This document shows positions 1-11,126 of a stretch of DNA of 64,000 nt, piece after piece (positions within the stretch are counted from its first letter, which is position 1; each line of letters begins with the position of its first letter). The stretch lies in the NCBI GenBank assembly GCA_950097015.1, contig CATNEN010000027.1, positions 62,001-126,000 on the forward strand. Direction: 5' to 3'. This stretch comes from Macrostomum hystrix. Taxonomy: Eukaryota > Animalia > Platyhelminthes. The notes under the pieces are model-generated. The model did no database searches, was not told the origin of the DNA, and saw nothing but the letters and a program-made list of their open reading frames with translations. The position numbers were made by a program, and so were the translations under genes.

Positions 1-792
1 TCGTCTTTTTCTCATAAGAGAATAATTTCACTCGTGCCACAATGCGCTTTCAGATTAGTCAGTACAATGGCAATGCCTATTGCTCTATGAACCTTCATCT
101 TCAAAGCTGAGGTCATGGACCCAATGACCCCATAACTAAGGTCTCCCAAAATTCATTACAATGGCCCCGTCTCGGATTCGATTACGTAAAGACAGGATTT
201 TTCCGATCCGTGTCCCAAAGTTTCCGACGAGATATGCCACCCCTCTTTCCCCAAAATTTTAGGGAGAAATTCTCGCTGGGAATTGCGGGAGTAGGGGATG
301 CCAAAACCCGTGTGACCCGACACTGACCTGGTGGGGACACCCGTAGGGATGTGGCGAATCTAGAGAGAATGGGAGACAAGCTCTGGGAGCCCCTCTTAAA
401 GACCCCTCAAAAATTATTTCTTTCTTTCTCTGGGCTAGTTCAACTCCGTGACGTCATATGGGCTGGAGTCTGGGGTCGAGAGCTAAAAATAGATTTCCTA
501 TCGCGGAGAGTTTTTCAACAGAAGCTAACCCCCCCTGACCAATGGGGTTGGCGGCGAGGCAGAAGGGACCCTGGCAGTGGTTGTCCAACCAACGCAAGGG
601 CCGGAGGGCACTTGGGCGACGCACCGCTAGTCTCACTGGGGTCTGGGTTCGTGACCCGGGGGCGAGGCGAGGTCACGTGGTGGTCAGCTCCAGTTTTTGC
701 GGATATAAATAAAAGCCCGATTAAAAAAAACGGAGATCTTAAAATCATTGCGACTCATCAAAGAAGACAACTCTTGAACGGAGCACTCCAAA

Positions 793-3700
793 ATGAACTG
801 CAAGTGGATTCCCTACTCAGAGGTAAGTGGATTTCATTCTGTTTATTTGTCAGTCAAAGGACAGATCACGTGGTTTCAAGTAGCTTATAGGGAGAGGTCA
901 GGAGTTCGATTCTCAGCCTCTAGGCTAGCGATTTGCCATTGTGGGCTTCGTGGAATTCCTATTTCTAAACGATTTCAGGTTTTCGAGGCAAACATCGCGA
1001 CTTGCTCCCTGGCTGCGACCTCCGTGATTCTGCTGGCGATTCTGTGGCAAAGCACTCGCAGCCGATCTTCGTCAACCGACGATCGTCGACTTCGCCAGCC
1101 GCCGGGCTGTCTGGGCCTGCCGCTGCTTGGCGAGACTTTGCACTTTCTGAGGCTGGGCATGCGCGGCTTCTACGAGTCCAGACACGCCACTTTCGGCGAC
1201 GTGTTCAAGACCCGCCTGTGGGGCCTGCCGCTAGTTAGGGTCCGGGGCGCGGCCAACATCGCCACCCTGACTGGCCGTGGGCTCGAACCCGCGCTGCCCC
1301 CGGCGGCCAGGCGAATCCTTGGCGACTCCTGCGGCCTGGTGACAGCGCGGGGTTTGGCGCACGACCGGCTGAAGAGGCGACTGGCGCCGTATTTTAGCGC
1401 AAGATTCTTGGCCGGCTACGCCGACGATATCGGCGGGGCGATTCGGCGACACCTGGGCGACTGGGCGAAACAGCCGAGTTAGTAAAAAACATTGGGATAT
1501 TCTTAATCGTTAGGGCCGATTAAGAGTATCAGAGGGGTGGATAAAGAGAATCGATGGGGCGGATAGAAAGAATTGGATGGGGTGGATGGAGCAGATAGAT
1601 AGAGTTGAAGGGGCGGATAGATAGAGTTGAAGGGGCGGATAGATAGAGTTGAAGGGGCGGATAGATAGAGTTGAAGGGGCGGATAGATAGAGTTGAAGGG
1701 GTGGATAGAGAGGATCGAAGGGGGCGGATAGAGAAGATCGAAGGGGGCGGATAGAGAAAATCGAAGGGAGCGGATAGAGAGGATCGAAGGGGGCGGATAG
1801 AGAAAATCGAAGGGGTGGATAGAGAGAATCGAAGGGGTGGATAGAGAGAATCGAAGGGGTGGATAGAGAGAATCGAAGGGGTGGATAGAGAGAATCGAAG
1901 GGGTGGATAGAGAGAATCGAAGGGGGCGGATAGAGAGAATCGAAGGGGGCGGATAGAGAGAATCGAAGAGGTGGATAGAGAGAATCTATGCATATTCTCA
2001 GCGTTTAGGACTAGGTCATGGTGTCACGCCTTTTTTCTTTCCTAAATTGGAATGCATTCTAGTAGCCGATGTCACAAGCTGGCATTAGTCATAGTGAGTC
2101 AGAAATGCAATTTGTTTTCACATAAAACAGTCGGCACGTAGTGACCTTGCTATGAATTTTATTGTTTGAAACCAAATTTGACAAGTTGCGGCCTGTGTCA
2201 TGTGGCGATGACGCGGGTGGCATTAAAGTGGTACCGAACTTAAACATGCCGAACAATTGGGCTAGTTTATTGCATTTATTTTTATCTAGTTTTACCAACT
2301 TTGCTACTTATAGTATTCACAAAAGGATCGTGTTTGAGTGTTTTCAAAAAACAGTCAAGATAAATCAGGGCAGCAACCCTCTTATTTTATTTTCAGGTGT
2401 TGTGGCAATGCAATCCCTCAAAAGCCTCGTACTGGAGGTGGCCCTGATGAATTACCTGGGCTGCGGCGACTTGAGCCGAGAGGAACTCGAAAACTGCGTC
2501 CAGGATCTCGACCTGTTGTTTAGCAACCTCCTCTGCCTGCCCGTCAACCTGCCCGGCTTTGGCCTTCACAAGGTGAGCGATAGAGACTGAGTAGCTCAGG
2601 GAGTGACTCAGGAAGTGACTGAGTGGCTGAGGGAGTGACTGACTGAGGAAGTGACTGACTGAGGGAGTGACTGACTGACGGAGTGACTGACTGAGTGAGT
2701 GAGTGACTGACGGAGTGACTGACTGAGGGACTGACTGACTGAGGGAGTGACTGACTGAGGGAGTGACTGACTGAGTGAGTGAGTGAGTGACTGAGGGAGT
2801 GACTGACTGGAGGAGTGACTGACTGAGTGAGTGAGTGACTGAGGGAGTGAGTGACTGAGGGAGTAAGTGACTGAGGGTGTGATTGACTGAGGGAGGGACT
2901 GACTGAGGGAGTGAGTGATTGAGGGAGTGAGTGACTGAGGGAGTAAGTGACTGAGGGTGTGATTGACTGAGGGAGGGACTGACTGAGGGAGTGACTGACT
3001 GAGGGAGTAAGTGACTGAGGGAGTGAGTGACTGATGGAGTGACTGACTGAGGGAGTGACTGACTGAGGGAGTGACTGACTGAGGGAGTAAGTGACTGAGG
3101 GAGTGACTGACTGAGGGAGTGAGTGACTGAAGGAGTGACTGACTGAGGGAGTGACTGACTGAGGGAGTGACTGACTGAGGGAGTAAGTGACTGAGGGAGT
3201 GACTGACTGAGGGAGTGAGTGACTGAAGGAGTGACTGACTGAGGGAGTGACTGACTGAGGGAGTGACTGACTGAGGAAGTGACTGAGTGACTGAGGGAGT
3301 GACTGACTGAGGGAGTGAGTGACTGAGGGAGTGACTGACTGAGGGAGTGACTGACTGAGAGAGTGACTGACTGAGGGACTGACTGACTGAAGGAGTGACT
3401 GAGGGAGTGACTGACTGAGGGAGTGAGTGACTGAGGGAGTGACTGACTGAGGGACTGACTGACTGAAGGAGTGACTGACTGAGGGACTGACTGACTGAGG
3501 GACTGACTGACTGAGGGACTGACTGACTGAGAGAGTGACTGACTCAGGGAGTGACTGACTGAGGGAGTGACTGACTGAGGGAGTGACTGACTGAGGGAGT
3601 GAGTGACTGAGGGAGTGACTGACTGAGGAAGTGACTGAGTGACTGAGGGAGTGACTGACTGAGCGAGTGAGTGACTGAGGGAGTGACTGACTGAGGAAGT

Positions 3701-5293
3701 GACTGAGTGACTGAGGGAGTGACTGACTGAGCGAGTGAGTGACTGAGGGAGTGACTGACTGACGGAGTGAGTGACTGAGGGAGTGACTGACTGAGGGAGT
3801 GAGTGACTGAAGGAGTGACTGACTGAGGGAGTGAGTGACTGAGGGAGTGACTGACTGAGGGAGTGACTGACTGAGGGTGGACTGGGAGTGACCCACGGAA
3901 CTAACTGCGTGGCTAGTCCTAGTGACGGTATGAGTACAATAGCGAATATGTGCTCAAATATAGAAACAATTCTAATTTCAGGCTCTGCAAGCCAGGAAGC
4001 GTCTGTCGAATTTCCTGCTCCGTCGATGGGAGTCGAGCAAGAATCTGGGAGCGAAAAATTGCAGCTCACTTTCAGGATTTGTTATCGACTCGGGACTGAC
4101 GGATGAAGAGCTGGTGGATCTTCTGCTTCAGCTGCTGTTTGCCAGTAAGTATTTGTTAGATACTGATTCCTGATTGGCTAGACCTAAATATCTAGACTGA
4201 GAGTGACTAGGGCGCTGAATTAGCAAAGACTTCTTATTGGCTGGATCTTCACCCTTTGGTAACGAGATCTGATTGGCTGGGGCTTTTTAACTAACGTGAA
4301 TGAGGTGATTAAGTGAGGAGGCATTATAACTGGCTAAGCCAATGGGCCTTTTGTGGAGAGCTCTGATTGGCTGGGGCACAAATGAACTCCAAATACAATT
4401 TTTAGGCTACGACACCCTTGTCAGCGCCTCCTGCAGTCTATTGCATAACCTGTGCCATCATCCTGAAGTTCTACAACGCCTCACCCAATCGGTGACTCAG
4501 AACTGCACTTACAAGTCCACAGATTCTAGCAGCGAAGTGGTCTCGGGTTCGAATCCTAGCTATCAACTATTGGACTTTGAACGACTGCATAGGGACGCCT
4601 ACCTGGAAGCCGTGGTAGCAGAAACCCTGCGACTAACGCCACCTGTTGGCGGCCTGTTCCGGCGCGCGACTCGTGACATTCAGCTGGGGGTGAGCGAGTG
4701 TTTCCATGGTTGCCATGGAAACGTTAAAATCATTGATGATGAATGAATGATTGGGCGACTGTTAATAAAACATTTGAATGCTTAAGATTAATAAAACATT
4801 TGAATGCTTAAGATTAATAAAACATTTGAATGCTTAAGATTAATAAAACATTTGAATGCTTAAGATTAATAAAACATTTGAAATTAAGACTCAATCAGCA
4901 CTGAAACATTATTTCTTACCCCAGGACGTGTGGATACCCCGCGGCTGGCTAGTGATCTGCAGCATCCAGGGCACCCACCTGATGTACGAGGCCGGTCACG
5001 AGTTCCGGCCGGAGCGCTGGCTAATGGATTCGAACGGCAACTCGGAGGACGATAGCGCCGGCCAGGTGAGTCGAGCCGAGGCTGAGCACAGATTCCTGGC
5101 CTACGGCTTTGGTCGAACTCGCTGCCTCGGTCGGCAGTTGAGCGGCGCCTTTCTGAAACTGTTCTGCGGTCACGCTGTCGCGGGGTTCAACTTCCGCCTG
5201 CTGGAGTCGCAGCGGCCTGTCCAGTTTGTCAGCGCGCCCACGCCTCAGCCGGTTGGCGGAATGCCCATGGTGTTCGAAGCTCGGCCCGAGTGA
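793..5293 (+). CDS. Cytochrome P450, CYP26-like, 506 aa; exons 793-822, 979-1477, 2397-2572, 3982-4144, 4406-4689, 4925-5293
   Basis: All five introns are GT-AG with matching phases, giving 1521 nt. Motifs: N-terminal TM anchor, PPGCLGLPLLGETLHF (CYP26-type proline hinge), I-helix LLFASYDT, ExxR (ETLR), PERW, heme loop YGFGRTRCLG. Exon 4 (ALQARKRL...LTDEELVDLLLQLLFA) was translated by hand. The subfamily call is from motif resemblance only. Confidence 0.9.
1529..1985. repeat. Minisatellite, 22-23 bp unit (gatagagagaatcgaaggggtg), about 20 copies, P450 intron 2
   Basis: Direct tandem repetition visible. Confidence 0.95.
2583..3895. repeat. Composite tetranucleotide-based array (gact/gagt/gagg), P450 intron 3
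   Basis: Continuous GACT/GAGT/GAGG modules; explains the SQSLP/SVTP pseudo-ORFs on the minus strand. Confidence 0.95.
4709..4722 (+). promoter_or_regulatory. X-box (RFX) motif GTTGCCATGGAAAC in P450 intron 5
   Basis: Exact match to GTHNYY-AT-RRNAAC; function untested. Confidence 0.35.
4762..4882. repeat. 26-bp tandem repeat (ttaataaaacatttgaatgcttaaga), about 4.6 copies, P450 intron 5
   Basis: Units start at 4762, 4788, 4814, 4840, 4866. Confidence 0.95.
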
Positions 5294-5974
5294 CTTATAA
5301 TTGGCTGCTGGCTGCTGGCCAATCAGATGCGACTTAGGGGCTAGAATCTTAACCAATAAGCGGCGAACTTGCATGAAATGGATGGCCAATGTACATTTGT
5401 GCATCTGGTGCAATTACAAGGGCATCTGTCTATACATGTAGATGTACACTGAATGGTGTACATTTAACAAGAAGTACATCGCAGCGTAGTCAAGTGCACA
5501 CTATTTTAATTTGAAATCCCAGTTGCATTAAATGCACTATTTTCCACATTAAACGAATTCCTACATGTAGCTTCGCTTTAAAAACTTTTGAAAGTTTTGT
5601 TATCCTTGCACTACTACTATAAGTAATTGTTATACTCGCATTTTCTCGCCAATTTTTGTGCTACTTCCGAATCTTATTTATCCAAGTATCGAAGGTTTTC
5701 AATAGTATTTACTTACCCATCGCACAGTGGAATGCTTGTGATTGAAACAATGAACTGTGGACCTGTACGCTCTAGGAGCAAAGGCTCCGATATTTAAATG
5801 CGACTTTAAGCCGTTAAGTCCACAGTTCATGTTGATTTGTTCATTGCATGTGCCCTCTTTACAATGCGTAGTTTTTGTTAACATTTATTCCGGCATTTCC
5901 CAATATAAAAACAAAGGCAAGTCATTGCTGCCTGCTTTATGTGATTTTACGCGCGATGAAATTTTCTTTTATTT

Positions 5975-6195
5975 TGTTTATTTGCTTCGCTTAGCAGTAA
6001 AAAAACCTGGTTTTACCGATGGGATAAGACCACGGGGTATTTCAAATACCCGCTGCCTACTTCACGACAGCTCCCAAACCGATTGACCGATTTGACCGAT
6101 TCGTAAAAGTGCACCATCTCAATCTAAATTTTCCGCCCTTTACGATGGATGAACTCACTTTCAAAGCCGTCCGAGTCAGCATCGTCAAGAATAAA
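5975..6195 (+). mobile_element. Dispersed repeat of unknown class; second copy inverted at about 15790-15990
   Basis: Shared core tatttcaaatacccgctgcctacttcacg.cagctcccaaac, with reverse complement at about 15880-15930. Confidence 0.6.
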
Positions 6196-6284
6196 AAATG
6201 ATAGCCAATTTGAAATAAAATAATGCAGAACAAAAATACTACCAGAAACTTTTAACTTATCGCATTGATTCAAACAACCGATTT

Positions 6285-6580
6285 ATATGTCCATGCTGCA
6301 AAGGAATGTACAAGCTGCAAAGGAATGTACATGCTGCATAGGAATGTACATTCAGGATAGGAATGTACATGCTGCATAGGAATGTACATGCTGCATAGGA
6401 ATGTACATTCAGGATAGGAATGTACATGCTGCATAGGAATGTACATTCTGGATAGGAATGTACATGCTGCATAGGAATGTACATGCTGCATAGGAATGTA
6501 CATGCTGCATAGGAATGTACATGCTGCATAGGAATGTACATGCTGCATAGGAATGTACATGCTGCATAGGAATCTACATA
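6285..6580. repeat. 19-bp minisatellite (ggaatgtacatgctgcata), about 15 copies
   Basis: Period 19 read directly (6303, 6322, 6341...). Confidence 0.95.
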
Positions 6581-6655
6581 AAGTTAGGGAACATACATCC
6601 AGGTAGAGAATGCGCATAACATAACAAAACAATAATAAAACATGCAGTTGGGTAC

Positions 6656-6858
6656 TGGCACATCATTTGGTACACACGTATGTCACAAAGATGTGTACAT
6701 CTGTCCTGACTTTCACATCGTCAGGCAGTGTACACTCTCACTGTGCCTTGGAGGTCGGCCCTCAATGGTGCAAATTGCACGACAAGCCCCCAAGCCTTCT
6801 CTCCGCGACTGCGCCCCAAATGAATGTGGCCTCGCCGCGGGAATCGAACTCAAGGACT
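6656..6858 (-). mobile_element. tRNA-derived SINE family A, 5'-truncated and internally deleted copy
   Basis: Reverse complement aligns by eye to 7700-7975 and to 48853-49190; only the B-box half of the tRNA head remains. Confidence 0.8.
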
Positions 6859-6917
6859 GCTCCGGGATTCGAAGCTAGGGAGTGAAAATGCTGTGAAAAA
6901 ATCAATAAGAAAAAGAT

Positions 6918-8764
6918 TCATAGCAAGGCCGACAAAGCGGAGCCATCGAGCAACAGGGCCGGGTCGACCAGGGAGTCCTCCAGCGGAGCCTCCGTGCTGT
7001 ATTCGAAGGCGTGATGTAACGGCCCAGTTTTGCTCAGAGCCGGCAGGGGCAGCTCGCTGTGGTGGCAGGGCAGCGGCTCGGTGAAGAAGTACGGATCCAG
7101 CAGGGCCTTGCCGGCGCGCACTCGCCGATCGGATCTGTAAACCAGAAACTTTTTCAACAGATCAACGGCCGACTGGCTGGCGTCCGGCAGCAGCTCCTCG
7201 AATGGCACCGGGTTGAACTGGTCGAAGGTGATCTTGTTGTAGTCGGGCAGGTCGCTCATACCTGGCCAGGTGGCCTCGCTTGGCGTGCCGAGCACCCGGA
7301 TGACGCAGACGAGCTGGTCGATGTCGTTTTCTCCAGGGAATAGCGGCGAATTGGCCAGTAGTTCGCCGAACACCGCGCCAACAGCCCAGAGGTCGACGCC
7401 TTCATCGTAGCGTCTGGCTGAATAGAGCAGCTCGGGAGCCCGGTACCAGCGGGTGGCAACCTGGGGTGGGTGTGTGGGCCACTTTACACTTTCTGAGAAT
7501 CCAGATTTTTTCATCTTTGTTCTTTTAATTCCTGCTGCTTTTAAATATTTCACATGCCTTTAAAATTCCATTTCTCATTCTTTCAAAAATATCCTTTCTT
7601 TTGCATTCCGCTTCTCTTTAATTTCAACTCTTTAAAATAGCTTCTTGGTGAGTGAGTGGCGGAGCGGTTAAAGCGTTTGCCTCTCGCACCAAGGTCCTTG
7701 AGCTCGATTCCGCGGCGATGCCACATTCATTTGGTGCGCAGCCGCGGAGAGAAAGCTTCAGGGCTTATCGTGCAATTTACGCCCTTGAAGGCCAACCTCC
7801 AAGCACAAAGGAGCCTGACGATGAGAAAGTCAGGGTAGATGTACACACCTGTGAGAGCGAGTGCCTGCGTACGGTATCTGTGAGTGTGTGCTCAGGAGTC
7901 AGCGAAACGGGCAGAATTGCCTCTTCGCTGGCTGCAGGTCTAGTGTCAACAAATGATGTGCCATTGCCCACAACCCGTTTACTTAAAGTTTCGTGCCTGT
8001 AAATTCATGTTTTTCAGCTTCCGTTCCAATAAATGTAGTTGAAACTTCGTTATTTTAAATTCCGTTACTTTCACTCGAAGTTCCGTCGATTTTACACTCC
8101 ATTACTTTCAAATTCTGTGTCTTTAAAATTCTAATTCTTTTGAAATCCCAATTCTATAAAAGTGGGGAGCAACCAACCTGATGGCTATACTGCCGATCCC
8201 CCTGCAGCCGTTGGAACACGCGGGCCAGTCCGAAGTCGGCAATTTTGAGCATACCAGTCGACGAGATGAGCAGATTGGCGGGCTTGAGATCTCGGTGCAT
8301 AATCTGGTTCGAGTGCAGAAATTGCACACCTTTGAGCAGCATAACCATGTAGCTTTTCACCTGTGTAAGAAGTTAACAGCTTCGTTAATTATAACGAACG
8401 AGTACATTAGCAGCAGAAAAACACCCTGTCATCTGATTCCCCAATTCTTGTTCACCTGCGATTCGGCTAGCGGCTTGTCGCAGTTGCGAATCACTTCGGC
8501 CAGGTCGGAGGACATGAAATCAAATGCCAGAACAAATCCAGCGCCATGTGAAAACACATCCCTTAGGCGCACAACATAGGGATTATCCTCGATCTCCTGC
8601 AGTGCTTTGATCTCGCGCAGTGCCGCATTCGGGATGCCCTCCTCGATGCGACGGAGCATCACCTTCTTTAGCGCGACCAGTTCGCCGCTCTCGATGTGCT
8701 TGGCTTTGAAGACAATGCCGTGTGCGCCTTCGCCAATTCTGCCCAGGATGGTGTAGCGATCCAT
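6918..8764 (-). CDS. CDK20: Cyclin-dependent kinase 20 (CCRK), 344 aa; exons 8764-8456, 8360-8178, 7460-6918
   Basis: GEGAHG loop, PNAALRE helix, [15 protein letters not shown]|[20 protein letters not shown]-like segment, CDK20-type C-terminus [10 protein letters not shown]. Both introns are phase 0 GT-AG. Confidence 0.93.
7647..7980 (+). mobile_element. tRNA-derived SINE family A, near full length, CDK20 intron 2
   Basis: A box (tggcggagcgg) and B box (gagctcgattcc) head, plus a body shared with three other copies in the window. Confidence 0.85.
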
Positions 8765-10625
8765 GCGAGCTGAAGATTTGTGAACAATGGAAAAATATTA
8801 ACTATTATATTAAAAGGAAAACATTTTCTATTTAAAAAATAAATAATAGTTCTAACTATACAGTTATTGATAGGCTAAAAATTCAAGCAGCTAGCTTCCT
8901 TTGCTAATCAAAACATTAACAGCCAATATAAAAACAAAATTTAGAAATGAAAACTTCTGGATAAGAAAGAAGTTATATTTAAACTTCTACCAACAAATTG
9001 TAGAATTTCAATTCCATATTCTCAACTATTAGTCATATCTTATAAAAGTAATTCAAGCAAAAGAATTACTGATAATAAAAGGTATCATAAAGTCAGTTTT
9101 TACAAAAATCAAGAATGCAATAATTCAATGAATATGAGAACTTATCAACAGTTCGTTTATTATATAATCTACATGGGTCTTAAATGAGCTCCCATACATT
9201 ATAGACTTATAGTTATTGCAAGAAAATATGAATGTATTTAATTTAATTTGGGGAGGTATTATCATAAAAAAACATAAAATATTAACACATCTGACTAAAT
9301 GAATGGGGGAGTCGGGAAAAATATGAAATGTTTGTTTGATCGAGAAAATAGGGGGCACATCCCGGAATCCCACACGCTTTCGTGTACTTACAGTCTGCGC
9401 CGACTGCAAGTACACGCGTGTTAAATTCCGTTCTCAAATGTGTGCTATTATCTGTTACTACGATTGCAAGAAGTAAAGCAAAGTATATTTTAATGAGCTG
9501 TACAAAAACAATAAAAAGGATATAATATTATTAAATTACTGACAAGAAAAAAGCATTATTTAGTTTCAAAATAGGTTTACTTTGTCTGCTATGTTGTGTT
9601 CATTAGTTCTTCCGCATGTTTGATATTTCTCTAGTGTCCAATTTTCTTCCTTATGCATACTTCGACGTACCGACATACCCAGTTGAAGAGCAATATAAAA
9701 ACATTTTTTATATTGGCGTTTTCTCTTTCAAAAACCAAACGGAAGGGCTTTAGTTTTACTTTGCTATTTGACTTTACACGCTTTGTTTGACTTTTGACTT
9801 TTGATTCATAAAAGCTAGTTTTTAATAATATAATGCCATAACTAGTAATTATTGTTCGTACCTTTTGATGAGGATGTATGTTTTTACCTTAAATGTTATT
9901 TTATTGCAGCGTTTTCGCCCTATATTATTATAACTATAAGCTACATTTTCATAAATCTTAAAACTTAAAAAAACTAAAACTAAAAGTTTATGTTCAGAGT
10001 TTTAATCCAAATTTAAATTATTTAGTGAATTTAGGAAATCAATTTAACATTTCTTTTTTTGCTTTTGCAGAACTTTTTCAAAACCCATCGATTCAACTGA
10101 AAATCTAGGCCTTTGAAGTTGAAAGATTTAGATTGGAAAAATGACTATCTGAACAGGGATTTTTAATAAAAAAACAACAATACGAGTAATGCATTTTATT
10201 TGTTTCTCTAAATTGATAATTCAATTTTTTTACTTATTTATTTCTCTTTTATTTAAGTTTTGATGTATTTTAAGTTATAAAAAATAACTTGAGCACGATT
10301 TTAAATGAACTAAGATATTTGTACATGTTCTTTTTATGCTATGAATCACGTTCTATTTGATGTTACAAGTTACCATAATGTAATTCAAAATATGTAAGCA
10401 AGCAGTTTGGTAAGCAGTTGTTTCTGAAGCTTCTGGGGATACCTTTTCTGTAAAGGAATTAGAGCGATCCGTTTTGTTGGCTATTTTGTGTACCAGATTA
10501 AAAGTTTTTTATAAAATTATATAGAACTCATAATAGAAATCTTCCGATGCAGTAAAAATTTAAGAGGCTCAAAAAAGGAATAATCTACGTTGCTTTCAGT
10601 CCATTGCAGCACACAGAGCACTGCC

Positions 10626-11126
10626 ATGAGCGGTGAGGAGCAAGCCCCACTAACTGGCGGCTCGGGGGCGCCAGCGACAGCAGGGGCTCCGGGCACCGCC
10701 CCGGCAGCCGCGCCGCAGAGGGCCAACAACGACGTTCGCTCGCTAATGATTTTTCAAGCCATTCTCTACTTAAACAAGTACTATGTCGGCTTCTTCTGGC
10801 TCTGCCAGATCCTGATGTTCGCGTGGAAGGGCGAGAATCTGCCATTCGCTAACGGCCTCCTGGCCTCCGATATAATCCTCGTCTTTGTCATCTGCGGCCT
10901 GGACCTGGCCCGCATCGGCCTGTCTATGCACGGCAACTTGGCCGAGAATCGAGTCTCCCTGGCGCTGGGCATCGGCTTTGCAGTGCCGCCAATTATCGGT
11001 TCCATCTACCTGATTCTCTGGCAGACCTACACCTTGACCGCCGAGCTTGTCACCTGCGGTGTGGCGCTTGTCTTCCACGGCGTCGGTGTTCTACTGGCTA
11101 TTGCCACTCTGGTCACCATCCGATGA
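10626..11126 (+). CDS. TMEM216: Ciliary transition-zone tetraspan protein, TMEM216/TMEM80 family (TMEM17 superfamily), 166 aa, intronless
   Basis: Four hydrophobic segments and family motifs LYLNKYY, WKGENLPF, RIGLSMHGNL, LWQTYTL..E. First ATG is at 10626. TMEM216 versus TMEM80 cannot be fully resolved. Confidence 0.82.
   Translation: MSGEEQAPLTGGSGAPATAGAPGTAPAAAPQRANNDVRSLMIFQAILYLNKYYVGFFWLCQILMFAWKGENLPFANGLLASDIILVFVICGLDLARIGLSMHGNLAENRVSLALGIGFAVPPIIGSIYLILWQTYTLTAELVTCGVALVFHGVGVLLAIATLVTIR

Noticed and set aside
1-790. Short ORFs and moderately GC-rich DNA upstream of the P450
   Set aside because: No homology, termini or repeat structure that I can support.
2393-4069. 558-aa and 450-aa Ser-rich minus-strand ORFs
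   Set aside because: Translations of the intronic tetranucleotide array, antisense to the P450.
7647-7727. tRNA genes at SINE heads (also 39716-39783, 49115-49190, 49267-49340)
   Set aside because: Imperfect cloverleaf, no T-run terminator, and each continues into a shared SINE body.
7815-7835. Hammerhead-like CUGACGA...GAAA in SINE family A
   Set aside because: Only 3 nt lie between the core segments (no stem II), and the CUGAC is itself paired in a simple hairpin.
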